47,757 nt of DNA from a virus. Its lineage: Duplodnaviria; Caudoviricetes. The stretch covers positions 1 through 47,757 of IMG/VR virus record IMGVR_UViG_3300038809_000016, one strand, 5' to 3'. The notes beneath the pieces are model-generated. The model was not told where the DNA came from and made no database searches. It was given only the letters and a program-made list of their open reading frames with translations. Both the position numbers and the translations under genes were made by a program. Positions within the stretch are counted from its first letter, which is position 1, and every line of letters starts with the position of its first letter. This document shows, one piece after another, positions 17,677 to 27,700 of the stretch.

Positions 17677-18414
17677 ATGGAACAGGCCAACGCATTCGTC
17701 GCCCTGGCTGGCGACAAGGGCAACAGCGTCCCGAAGACCGTCACGCCCGCCGAGGTGGAGATCCTGCGTCGCGTCCACGGCGACGACGCCGTTCACGACA
17801 TCTCGGGCGTGTCGCAGATCAATCGCTCGAAGCAGCAGGAGCTTTCCCGGCTGCACGAGGCCTACCACCAGCCGCGGGACGAGGACGGCAAGCGCCTTGT
17901 CGCCACGATGTTCCCGAGCCACACCCTCCTGCCGATGACCTTCGAGGAGCTGTCGCTTCCCGCGGAGTTCTACGCCGCCACCGGACGCGCTGTCCCGCAG
18001 CGGACGGTCGAGGTTCCGGTCGAGCAGGTCCACGGCCGTCCCGGCGAGGAGCCGCTGCGGACGAACTGGCCGAACACGGGCTTCGAGCCGATCGAGGTCC
18101 CGGCGGACCCAGAGACGCAGCCCGAGCAGGTCGGCCGCATGGTCGATCCGCGGACGCAGCACCAGAACGACGAGGCCCCGGGCGCCGCGATCCAGGCGAC
18201 GGACGACGGCAGCGCCGACCAGCTCCGCGCCCGCGCCGAGGCCCAGGGGACCGGACCCGGCTCCGTGCCGACCCAGACCGGCGCCAGGACGCAAGGCGGC
18301 CCCGTGGAGACGGGCGGCTCGAAGACGGCCGAGCAGATGCACGCCGAGGTGGCGCCGAAGCCCCAGGAGGGCGATAAGGGCTCCAGCAACGCCGCTGACG
18401 CTCTGTTCAGCTAA
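17677..18414 (+). CDS. Hypothetical protein, head module
   Basis: AGGAGG RBS; VTPAEVEILRRVHGDDAV domain plus long disordered tail ending ALFS. Confidence 0.8.
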   Translation: MEQANAFVALAGDKGNSVPKTVTPAEVEILRRVHGDDAVHDISGVSQINRSKQQELSRLHEAYHQPRDEDGKRLVATMFPSHTLLPMTFEELSLPAEFYAATGRAVPQRTVEVPVEQVHGRPGEEPLRTNWPNTGFEPIEVPADPETQPEQVGRMVDPRTQHQNDEAPGAAIQATDDGSADQLRARAEAQGTGPGSVPTQTGARTQGGPVETGGSKTAEQMHAEVAPKPQEGDKGSSNAADALFS

Positions 18415-18434
18415 GACGACCCGGAGAGACGGCC

Positions 18435-19136
18435 ATGGCCCGTAATCAGACGCTCCTCAAGCTGCTGGACGACCTGCGGGCCGAGTGCCGTCTCTCCTCC
18501 AATCCGGCGCACAACGCGCAACAGCGCGACACCCAGGTCCGGACGCTCCAGCGAATGCAGGAGTGGCTCTACGACGACTTCGCGTGGCCCCATCTCCGTA
18601 TCGAGCGGACGTTCTACGGACAGGCCGGCCAGCGTTACTATCCTCTGCCGGACGACATCTCCCTGGAGCGTATCCAGCACCTCGAAGTGCGCTACGCCCA
18701 GGCGTGGATACCTCTGGAGGCCGGGATCGAGCCCGGCCAGTACGCGATTTTCGACAGCGACATGGGCCAGACCGACACGCCCGTCCGGCGCTGGCGGATC
18801 TGGGAGCAGGACCGGATCGAGCTATGGCCGATCCCGGCCCTCGACGCCGGCCCGTCGAGCCTGGAGGGGACGATCAAGGTCGTCGGGATCAAGCGGCTAT
18901 CGAAGTTCCGCGACGACGCCGACACGGCCGATCTGGACGACCGCCTGATCGTGCTCTACGCCGCAGCCGAGCTGCTGGCCGCGGCCGGCGGCAAGGACGC
19001 CCAGCTCAAGCTCCAGCAAGCCGCCGCGCGCTACGCCGCGCTCAAGGCCGACCTGCTGCCGCGGCGGCGGGTCCGGCTATTCGGCGGCGAGACCGCGCCG
19101 CGCTATCCCCGGTGGCCTCCGCTGCCCCGGTACTGA
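18435..19136 (+). CDS. Head-tail adaptor / tail tubular protein A-like
   Basis: Size, synteny, FAWPHL and IELWPIP motifs. Confidence 0.7.
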   Translation: MARNQTLLKLLDDLRAECRLSSNPAHNAQQRDTQVRTLQRMQEWLYDDFAWPHLRIERTFYGQAGQRYYPLPDDISLERIQHLEVRYAQAWIPLEAGIEPGQYAIFDSDMGQTDTPVRRWRIWEQDRIELWPIPALDAGPSSLEGTIKVVGIKRLSKFRDDADTADLDDRLIVLYAAAELLAAAGGKDAQLKLQQAAARYAALKADLLPRRRVRLFGGETAPRYPRWPPLPRY

Positions 19137-19148
19137 GGAGGGCCACCG

Positions 19149-20759
19149 ATGGGCACGCTATGGGTCAGAGAGTTCACGGGCGGACTAGACACCCGGCGGC
19201 TCCCCGAGACCTCGAAGGGCGGCACGCTCATCAAGGCAATCGACGGGCATATCAATCGAGGCGGCGAGTTCGAACAGCGCGCCGCCTTCGTCCCGTTCGC
19301 GAAGCTCCCCAAGGGGACGGTCGGTATGGCCTACGTGCCGGCCGGCCTTGTCGTCTTCGGCTCCGGTGGACAGCCGGCCGACCTGCCGGCGAACGTCATC
19401 TACCAGCAGCTCCAGCACCCGAGCAGCAACGCGAAGTTGACGAAGGTTCTGAGCTACGACCTGTTCTCGGGCAAGCTGTTCGTCGCAGCGAAGTTCGATG
19501 ACGGCTCGATCAACCAGTATTACGACGGCAACGTGGTCACGAACTACGGCTCGAATAGCGCGATCGTGCCCGGAAACTTCGTACAGACGTTCGGCCGGAA
19601 GATGTACTATCTGACCGGACCGAACGTCATCTATTCTAACCTCGCCGATCCGACAAACTTCGACCCGGACAGCGGCATCATCAAGTCGGACGGGACGGTC
19701 TCGACCTCCACGACCGACGCGGACGGCAAGACCACGACCTACACGAAGACCCGCAAGACCAATGCGGACGGCACGATAACAGTCACCGTCAAGACCGACA
19801 ATCCGGACGGCACATCCACGACCACGACTAGCGTAGAGCAGCCGGCGTCTTCGGGCGTCGGCGCGGGCTTTAACGACTTGTCGGAGGAGGACTACGGGTC
19901 CGAAAACCTGGTTGCGATCGGTAGATATCAGAACTACCTCGCGTTCTTCTCGGACCGGACCATCCAGATCCGGTATATGGACCCCGACCCGGCCTTGTCG
20001 AAGGCTATTCAGGCGCTCCACAACACAGGGACACTCAGTCCGCGGTCCGTGACGCAGTTCGGCGACAGCGATCTGTTCTATCTGGACAGCTCGGGACTTC
20101 GCTCGCTCCGCGCACGCGACGCTTCGAACAGCGCCGCGACTTCCGACATCGGCTCGGCGATCGACGTGCTCCTGACGCAGACCGTGCGCGCCAGCTCGGC
20201 CGACGACGTGAACGGGGCCATCGGCCTGATCGAGCCCCGCGACGGCCGCTTCTGGCTCTCGCTGGGTTCGCAGATCTTCGTGTTCTCCTACTTCCCGGCA
20301 GCGAAGGTTAGCGCATGGTCGATCTACAATCCGGGCTTCCACGTAGACGACATGACAGTCTACGAGCGCCGCGCATACGTCCGATCTGGCGACCAGATCT
20401 ACGTGTACGGGGGCCTCGGCGAAATCGCTACTTACGACGACACCGAAGCGGTCGCTTGGCTGCCGTTCCTCGACGCCGACACGCCCACCGAGGAGAAGGC
20501 GGTGCAGGGGATCGACGCTGCGGTGAAGGGGACGTGGCTGATCGAGCTGGGGATGGAGCCGGCGCGCCTGGAGGTGTCCGACAAGATCGGGACGATCACC
20601 GAGACGACCTTCTCGGGCAATCGCATCCCGGCGCACCACCGGGCGACGCACATGTCGCTCCGGTTCACCTCGAAGGGCCGGCCGGCGGGCGGTGGCCCTT
20701 GCATCCTCGGCTCGGCCGCCGTCACCTTCTCGGCCGAGAGCGACAAGGCCAAGGCATGA
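19149..20759 (+). CDS. Tail nozzle / tubular protein B-like
   Basis: EFTGGLD N-terminus, beta-propeller-like composition, KVSAWS. Confidence 0.75.
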   Translation: MGTLWVREFTGGLDTRRLPETSKGGTLIKAIDGHINRGGEFEQRAAFVPFAKLPKGTVGMAYVPAGLVVFGSGGQPADLPANVIYQQLQHPSSNAKLTKVLSYDLFSGKLFVAAKFDDGSINQYYDGNVVTNYGSNSAIVPGNFVQTFGRKMYYLTGPNVIYSNLADPTNFDPDSGIIKSDGTVSTSTTDADGKTTTYTKTRKTNADGTITVTVKTDNPDGTSTTTTSVEQPASSGVGAGFNDLSEEDYGSENLVAIGRYQNYLAFFSDRTIQIRYMDPDPALSKAIQALHNTGTLSPRSVTQFGDSDLFYLDSSGLRSLRARDASNSAATSDIGSAIDVLLTQTVRASSADDVNGAIGLIEPRDGRFWLSLGSQIFVFSYFPAAKVSAWSIYNPGFHVDDMTVYERRAYVRSGDQIYVYGGLGEIATYDDTEAVAWLPFLDADTPTEEKAVQGIDAAVKGTWLIELGMEPARLEVSDKIGTITETTFSGNRIPAHHRATHMSLRFTSKGRPAGGGPCILGSAAVTFSAESDKAKA

Positions 20760-21250
20760 TCCTCCAGGCAGTCACCCCCGAAGCAGCCTACGCGGTCGGC
20801 CTCCAGTGCCGGCCGCGAGACCGGCAGGAGTTCGGCGCCGCCACGGGCATCCGCCAGCCGGACGAGCTGGCGCAGTGGATGGGCGAGCGCTACGGCAGCC
20901 TCGACGGGCTGCTGACGGCCAGCGACGACGAGGGCGAGCTGATCTGCGTCGGCGGGGCGATCCACGTCCGCCCCGGGACGTGCGCGCTGCTGTTCTACGC
21001 GACGGACAGCTTCGAGGAGATCGCGCTCTCCATGACGCGCTTCATCAAGCGCCAGTATTTCCCGCAGCTCGAAGCCGGCGGCTACCACCGGATCGAGTGC
21101 GTGACCTCGGCGGCTTATCCCGAGATGCAGAAGTGGCTAGAGATCCTCGGCATGAAGCGCGAGGGTCTGCTGCGCGCCTACGGGGCCGGCGGCGAAGACT
21201 TCGTGCAGTATGCCCGCGTGAGCTTCGCAGGAGGCCACCGTGAACAGTAG
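20756..21250 (+). CDS. GNAT-fold protein (T7 gp13-like)
   Basis: RPRDRQE; HRIEC; KWLEILGMKREG. Confidence 0.7.
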   Translation: MILQAVTPEAAYAVGLQCRPRDRQEFGAATGIRQPDELAQWMGERYGSLDGLLTASDDEGELICVGGAIHVRPGTCALLFYATDSFEEIALSMTRFIKRQYFPQLEAGGYHRIECVTSAAYPEMQKWLEILGMKREGLLRAYGAGGEDFVQYARVSFAGGHREQ

Positions 21251-21791
21251 AGGGGAGGTGATCGACATGAAGCCGAAGGCTACCACGTCAGCGCCCCGGG
21301 CCGAGAGTGCGAGCCGGCCCGGGGCGTGGCTTGTCCGGCTGGCGTGCGAGCAGGACCGCGAGGTGCTGGTGGGGCTCTGCTGCGACGCGGTGCGCGAGAG
21401 CGTCCGCGAGATCGAGCCGGACCCGGCGATCGTCAACGAGACCTTCGACGCCTACCTGCGGACGGCCGAGCCGACCTTCTTCGTGGTCGAGCAGCTCGTG
21501 GCCGGACGCCGCGTCCTCCAAGGGTTCCTCATGGCCTCGATCGGGGGCTATGCCTTCGCGTCTGGCATCTTCACGACGCAGCAGGTAATGTATGTTCGCC
21601 CGGAAAAGCGTGGATCTCGGGCGGCCACTCTCCTGATCGAGCACCTCATCGCCTGGAGCAAGAGGCTCGGCGCCCTGGAGATCACAGGCGGCAACAACAA
21701 CGGCCTCTATACTGAGCAGACCGTGAAGCTCCTCCGGAAACACGGTTTCGAGCAGGTCGGAGTGTTCATGCGGCGCCGAGGAGTGGACTGA
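21240..21791 (+). CDS. GNAT acetyltransferase
   Basis: MYVRPEKRGSRAA acetyl-CoA motif; LLRKHGFEQVG. Confidence 0.8.
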   Translation: MNSRGEVIDMKPKATTSAPRAESASRPGAWLVRLACEQDREVLVGLCCDAVRESVREIEPDPAIVNETFDAYLRTAEPTFFVVEQLVAGRRVLQGFLMASIGGYAFASGIFTTQQVMYVRPEKRGSRAATLLIEHLIAWSKRLGALEITGGNNNGLYTEQTVKLLRKHGFEQVGVFMRRRGVD

Positions 21792-22411
21792 TGTCGAAGA
21801 AGGATGGTGGCGCCGGGAAGCAGGCGAATATCGCTCGAATGGAGGAGGCCCAGCGGCAGGCAACGATCCGCCAGGGCACCGACGACATCAATAAGAACTT
21901 CGATAGCCAGTTCACGGACGACTTCTACAACAAGCAACGTGACAACTATCTGTCGTTCCAGCTCCCGCAGCTCGATAATCAGTACGGCGACGCCCAGCGT
22001 CAGCTCACGTTCTCGCTCGCCCGGAACGGCAATCTGGACAGCTCAACCCGCGGTTTCCAGCAGGGTCAGCTCCAGAAGACCTTCGACACGCAGCGGACTA
22101 CGGTCGCCGACGCGGCGAACAACTACGCGAACACCGCGCGCAGCAACGTCGAGCAGGCCCGGTCCAACCTGATCGCCACGCTCAACGCCACGGGCGACGC
22201 GACCCAGGCGGCGAACAGCGCCACGTCGCAGGCCGCGATCCTGGCCGCGCCGCAGGCCTACTCGCCGATCGCCGACGCCTTCGCGGTGACGACCGGCGCC
22301 CTCGCATCTCAGGCCCAGGCGGACCGCGCCCAGGCCATCGCGAACGGAACCTACGGCAGCAGCCCGGGTCTGTTCGGCACATCCGGCGGCTCCGTCCGCG
22401 TCAGCCGCTAA
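21791..22411 (+). CDS. Internal virion/ejection protein
   Basis: Q/A-rich helical; synteny. Confidence 0.7.
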   Translation: MSKKDGGAGKQANIARMEEAQRQATIRQGTDDINKNFDSQFTDDFYNKQRDNYLSFQLPQLDNQYGDAQRQLTFSLARNGNLDSSTRGFQQGQLQKTFDTQRTTVADAANNYANTARSNVEQARSNLIATLNATGDATQAANSATSQAAILAAPQAYSPIADAFAVTTGALASQAQADRAQAIANGTYGSSPGLFGTSGGSVRVSR

Positions 22412-22423
22412 GGAGAGGCCTCC

Positions 22424-23242
22424 ATGTGCGATCCGCTTTCCATCGCCGGTCTGGCCCTCTCGGGCGCCGGCATCGCCGCCAACTCGATCGGCCAGTCCCA
22501 GGCTGCCGCCGCGTCGAACCGCGCCGCGTCGGCGGAAGCGGCCCGGCAGGCGCAGCTCCGGCAGGAGGCCGCGGCCGTCCAGGCGCATTCGAACAGCCTC
22601 TACGACAACTTCGCCGGGAAGCAGGCCGAGAGGGCCAACGACCTGACGACCTACCTCAAGGGCGCCCAGACGCCGGCGCAAGGCCAGACCGCCGTGATCG
22701 AGGCGCCGACCGGCGCCGCGGCCTCGACGGGCGCCGGCACGGGCGGGAACGTCTCGATCACGGCGCAGGGCGAGGCGTCGCAGCGGAAGGCGGCCGGCGA
22801 CTTCGCCGCGCAGCAGGCCGGGGCGCTCGGGGACATGCGGTCCTTCGGCGATCTGCTCGGGACCGACGCGCGCCTCCAGGCGCGTGACGCCGGACAGATC
22901 GGCCAGATCGGCAACTTCATGAAGGGCTCGGCGTCCGTGCTCCCGATGGAGCTGAATGCGGCCAGCCATGCCGGCGACACGCTCAAGACCCTCGGCGGGC
23001 TCGCGGGCGGGCTCGGCAAGGTCGGCGTAGCCGCCGGCACGTCCGGTTCGACCTTCGGTGGCCTCCTCGGCGGCCGGTCGGCGGACAGCGGCAACATCTC
23101 CCTGCCGGTCTTCGCGGGCACGGGCAGCTCGATCGGCTCCTCGATCGCCAACGCCTACGCCAACCTGCCGGCCGCGCCCATGACGGTCGGGAACGCCTTC
23201 GGGGCGGCCCCGTCCTTCGCCTCCAGCCCCTATCGCGTGTAA
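22424..23242 (+). CDS. Internal virion/ejection protein
   Basis: MCDPLSIAG N-terminus typical of podovirus pilot proteins; A/G-rich. Confidence 0.75.
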   Translation: MCDPLSIAGLALSGAGIAANSIGQSQAAAASNRAASAEAARQAQLRQEAAAVQAHSNSLYDNFAGKQAERANDLTTYLKGAQTPAQGQTAVIEAPTGAAASTGAGTGGNVSITAQGEASQRKAAGDFAAQQAGALGDMRSFGDLLGTDARLQARDAGQIGQIGNFMKGSASVLPMELNAASHAGDTLKTLGGLAGGLGKVGVAAGTSGSTFGGLLGGRSADSGNISLPVFAGTGSSIGSSIANAYANLPAAPMTVGNAFGAAPSFASSPYRV

Positions 23243-23251
23243 GAGGCCGCC

Positions 23252-24751
23252 ATGCCTGTCATCCGAGCCAACACCGCCGTCGATCCGCAGCAGATCTCCA
23301 GCTCGTTCGACAACATCGCGGCCATGTTCAAGCCGCCGACCGCCACGGAGATCCTGGCCGGCGCGAAGGCGGCCGAGACGCGCCAGAAGGTCGGCGCCAT
23401 CGCCGAGCTGCTCGCCCGCGGCGTCGCCAGGACGCCCGAGGAGCAGCAGCTTATCGACCAGCGCGCCGGCCTCGTCGGCGCCTACAACCCGAACGCCTCG
23501 CTGACCGCGGTGGATCGGAACAACCTGACCAGCCGGCAGAACAATGCCGCGGACAATTCGCGGGCGCTGACGCTCGGCCGCGAGAGCAACGAGACCGACA
23601 TCACGAAGGCGCTCCTCGCGCCGGTCGGGGCGAACGACACGCGCTTCATTCCGCCCGCCCAGCAGCAGGCCCGGGGCCTCCCGGCGCAGCAGGTCGGTAT
23701 CGTCAAGCTCGGCCAGGGCGACACGGCTACGCTCCCCAACGGGGGCGGCACGATCGCGGGCGCCGTGAAGCCGATGACGCTGGACGAGCGCAAGGGCGAG
23801 GCGTTCTCGCGGCTGCCGGCCAGCCAGCAGGAGGACGCGGCCTTCGGAAACACCCCGGTCGAGACGATCATCCGGAACGGGATGCCCGAGATCGCCTCGC
23901 GCCGGCAGGCGATCGGCCAGACGCCCCAGGCGGACGCGACCAAGGTGCAGGTCACGGACTACGAGCTGCCGGACGGCTCGGGGGCCGGCACCGCGCGCCT
24001 GGAGAACGGGAAGTGGGTGGACACCCAGACCGGCGCCGAGCTGCCGCAGGGCATTCGCACGTTCAAGTCGCAGGTCCAGGGCGGCAAGGACGACGTTCTG
24101 GGAACGACCCTCAAGAACGCCTCGGCGCAGAAGCTCGCGGACATCGCCCAGGCGAAGTCCACGATCCAGCAGTACCGCGACCTCATCAAGAAGAACCCGG
24201 GCGCAATCGGTCCGGTTGGCACCGTGCGCGGTATCGGCCAGGATCTCGTGGCGTCCGCTGGCGAGGCGTCAAAGCTGTTCTCGCCGAAGGTCCAGCAATT
24301 CGAGCAGGATATCCTTAAGGGCCGTGTCGATCCGGAGATCGTGGATCAGTTCCGCTCCTTCGGAAAGTACGATCCGGCGATCCCGAACGCGAAGCTGCTA
24401 GAGCTAGTCATCGCCGCCCAGGCCGCGAAGTCGCTCGACCCGAACGGCCGCGTGTCGAACGAGCGCATGAAGCAGCTCCAGACCGGGCTCGGCGGCGGTG
24501 GCCTCCTCGCCAACGGGCCGCGGACGCTCGCGAACCTCGACGCCCTGGAGAGTATGCTGGACGACCAGACGCGCATCCTCACGCCTACCGCTCCGGGCGC
24601 TGCCGCTGTACTGTCCGGCCAGCCGCTCCCGGGACGCCAGGGCAGGGCGCTCGCCACGGCGAACGCTCCCGCCCCGGCCCCGGCAGCTCCGGCCGCGACG
24701 GGCGGGGCTTTCGTCCGGGGGCCTGACGGGAAGATCGTGAGGGCGCAGTAA
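23252..24751 (+). CDS. Internal virion/ejection protein
   Basis: 499 aa; synteny. Confidence 0.7.
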   Translation: MPVIRANTAVDPQQISSSFDNIAAMFKPPTATEILAGAKAAETRQKVGAIAELLARGVARTPEEQQLIDQRAGLVGAYNPNASLTAVDRNNLTSRQNNAADNSRALTLGRESNETDITKALLAPVGANDTRFIPPAQQQARGLPAQQVGIVKLGQGDTATLPNGGGTIAGAVKPMTLDERKGEAFSRLPASQQEDAAFGNTPVETIIRNGMPEIASRRQAIGQTPQADATKVQVTDYELPDGSGAGTARLENGKWVDTQTGAELPQGIRTFKSQVQGGKDDVLGTTLKNASAQKLADIAQAKSTIQQYRDLIKKNPGAIGPVGTVRGIGQDLVASAGEASKLFSPKVQQFEQDILKGRVDPEIVDQFRSFGKYDPAIPNAKLLELVIAAQAAKSLDPNGRVSNERMKQLQTGLGGGGLLANGPRTLANLDALESMLDDQTRILTPTAPGAAAVLSGQPLPGRQGRALATANAPAPAPAAPAATGGAFVRGPDGKIVRAQ

Positions 24752-24753
24752 CC

Positions 24754-27700
24754 ATGGCGAAGACCATCACCTTCGAGGGCGCGCCCTACACGTTCCCCGA
24801 CGACGCAACGGACGACGAGATCGCGGAGGCGCTGGGGAGCATGGCCCCGGCGCCTTCCGCCGCTCCGGTGCCCCAGGCAGAGGCCACCGCCCTCGCCGAC
24901 CCGGAGCAGGCCGTCAACGCCGCGCCGGCCGCGCCCTCAACGCTGGACAACGTGGGCGCCTCGATCCGGGGCGCGCTCGGCCGGGGCGGATCTGCCGTGG
25001 CCGACGCGCTCGGCTACGGCGGTGGCCCTGCTGTGCCGCCCGCGACCTACCAGCAGAGCAGCGACCTCGACGCCATGATGCGCGGTCAGCCGGCGGCACC
25101 CGCCACGGTCGGCCCGGTCAAGACGCGACCGGCAGAAGGCGGCGAGCGCCGACCGGGCTTCATGGCTGGCGCGCTCGGGCTCGCCGATCAGGCGGCGCGC
25201 GGCGTCGCCAAGGGCGCCGTGTCCATGGTCGGCCTGCCCGGCGATCTGGAGGCGGCGGCCCTCAACGTCGTTCCAGGCATGGCCCGGCTGCGGCAGGCCT
25301 TCGGTCTCGACCCCGTGATCTCGAAGTCCGTCTTCGGCGGGCAGGCGCTCCGCGACGCGCTCGACACCGCGAATGACGCGACCTACCGGGCGCTCAACGC
25401 GAACCTGCCGCTCGCTCCGGACGGCAAGGAGGCGGGCCCCGGCTACGATCTCCCGGTGCGCGAGGGCGCGACCCTGCCGGAGCGGCTGGTGGAGCGTGTC
25501 GGCGAGGAGCTGGGCGGCATGGCGCTCCCGGCCGGCGCTGCGGTCGCCAAGGCCGCGAAGGTCGGCATGGAGGGCGCCAGGGCGATCCAGAACCCGATCG
25601 CCCGGCACTTCGTGGAGCAGGCCGCGGCCGATCCCCGGCGCTTCGTCGCGAAGGAAGCCCTGGCCGGCGTCACGGCCGGCACGGGCGCCGGGCTTGCCAA
25701 CGAGGCGACCCGGGAGATGGGCTACGACGAACACTCCGGCGCTCACGCCGTCAGCGACCTCGCTGGCGCGCTGGGGGGCCTCGGGGTCGTCGGCGCGGCC
25801 AAGTACGGGGTCTCGAAGGGCCGCGACATCGTGGGCGCCCTGACGGGCTCCCCTGGCCTGATCTCGGACGTGTCGAAGGAGGCCGCGGCCTCGCGCCTCG
25901 CCGAGGCGGCCGATGCGCCCATGGTCAAGATCGGCAATCGCGAGGTTCCGGACACCTCGTCCATCGTCGCAGCGATCCGTCGCGGCCGTGAGGGCGAGCA
26001 GATCGGGGACACCGTGTCCGGCTACAAGGACACCCTCGCCGACGTGACCAAGGACCCGGGCATCGCTCGCCTGGAGTACAGCCGGCGCGCTGGCAACTCC
26101 GCGCCGGTCAACCGCCGGGCAGAGGCCAACGAGGGCGCCGTGAACGACGCGATCGACGCGCTCGCGCCGGAGGGTAACGCCGGGGCGCTGCGCCAGGGCC
26201 TTTCAGACTGGCGGTCGCAGCTCCACGCCGGCGCGAGCGCCGAGGCCCAGGCCGCCCAGACCCGGTTCGAGGAAGCGGCCGGCCGGCTCCAGGCGCAGAT
26301 GCACCCGGACGCCCGCGGTCAGGACATCCGCGCCGCCCTGGAGGACGCCAAGGCCGCCGCGCGCGACCTGGAGCGCGGCGCCTGGGATGGCGTTTCTAAC
26401 GGATCGGCCGACATCCGGCCGCTTGTAGAGCGCTTCGGCACAATCACGGATGGCCTGTCTGAGGCTGAGCGACAGGTGTTTATTTTCGGCCACCACGGGC
26501 AGGGCCACATCACTGGAATCCCGCAGCGCTTCCTACCGGCCGATGGCAGAGCGGGCGCCGCGGCGCGCGGGCCGGCGCCGAGCGCGTTGGATGGGCTCGC
26601 CCCGGACGAGCGCGCCATGGCCGAGCGGCTGTTCCGGGACGCCCCGGCGCCGGCCGCCCCTGCGCCCGCCATGTCGGTCGCGGATCGGATCGCACAGGCG
26701 GCCGACGAGGTACCGAAGGACCCGCGCGCCGGCCTGGGAAAGGCGGTCTGGGATATCCGCGCCAAGATCCCGGACGTCTCGGACGAGGACTTCGCCAATG
26801 GCCTTCGCGAACTGATGCGCGACAAGCGCGGCATGGTCTCCTCGCTCAGCGATACCAAGTCGATCAAGCCGACCGAGCGCGGGATCGACCTGGGCGGCGG
26901 CGAGCAGCACCTTTGGGTGCCGGGCGACGAGGCGGGGCGCGGCGACTTCGCGTCCTGGCCGAACGGCCGCCCCCAGGCGCCGGCTCCCGCCCCCGAGGCC
27001 CCAGAGGCGGCTACGGCCGCGCCCGCCACGCCTGCCGCCCCGGAGGCGCCGGGCCCTGTCAATGTCCCCTTGTCAGAGGCTACCGGCGTCCGCTCGGCGC
27101 TCACCGACGCCCAGCGCGAGGCGGCGAGCGCTGGCCAAGTGAATAAAGCTCGCGTGATCGGCCGCTACGTTGATGCGATCGACAGCTACTTTGCGGAGCA
27201 TCACCCGGACGTTGAGGCCTACAACGCAGCCAGGGACTACTCGCGCCAGCTCAACGACCGCTTCACCCGGCCGCAGACGGACGTGGCCCAGGTGCTCGAC
27301 CGCAATCAGGGCATGTATCGGCAGGCCGACGCGAGCGTCCCGGGCCGGTTCGCGCGCCCGGACAGCGCCGACCAGGGCGGGTTCGAGGCGCTGATGCGCG
27401 AGGCGGGGACGGACCCGCGGGCCCGCAACGCCGTGGCCGACCAGCTCCGCGCCAAGGCGGCCGACCTTCGGCGGCCCGAGGACGTGCAGGCCTTCGTGCA
27501 GGAGCACTCCCGGGTGCTCGATCAGTTCCCGGGCATCCGGGCGCAGCTCGAAACCCGGGCGCGGACGCAGCAGTCTGCCGGCATCGCGCGCACCAGGGTC
27601 GAGACCATGGAGCGCGAGCTGGGGACCGAGAACAGCCGCGGCACGTCGGCGGTCGGCCAGTATCTCCACCAAGGGCCCGAGAACACCTCAAAGGCGATCC

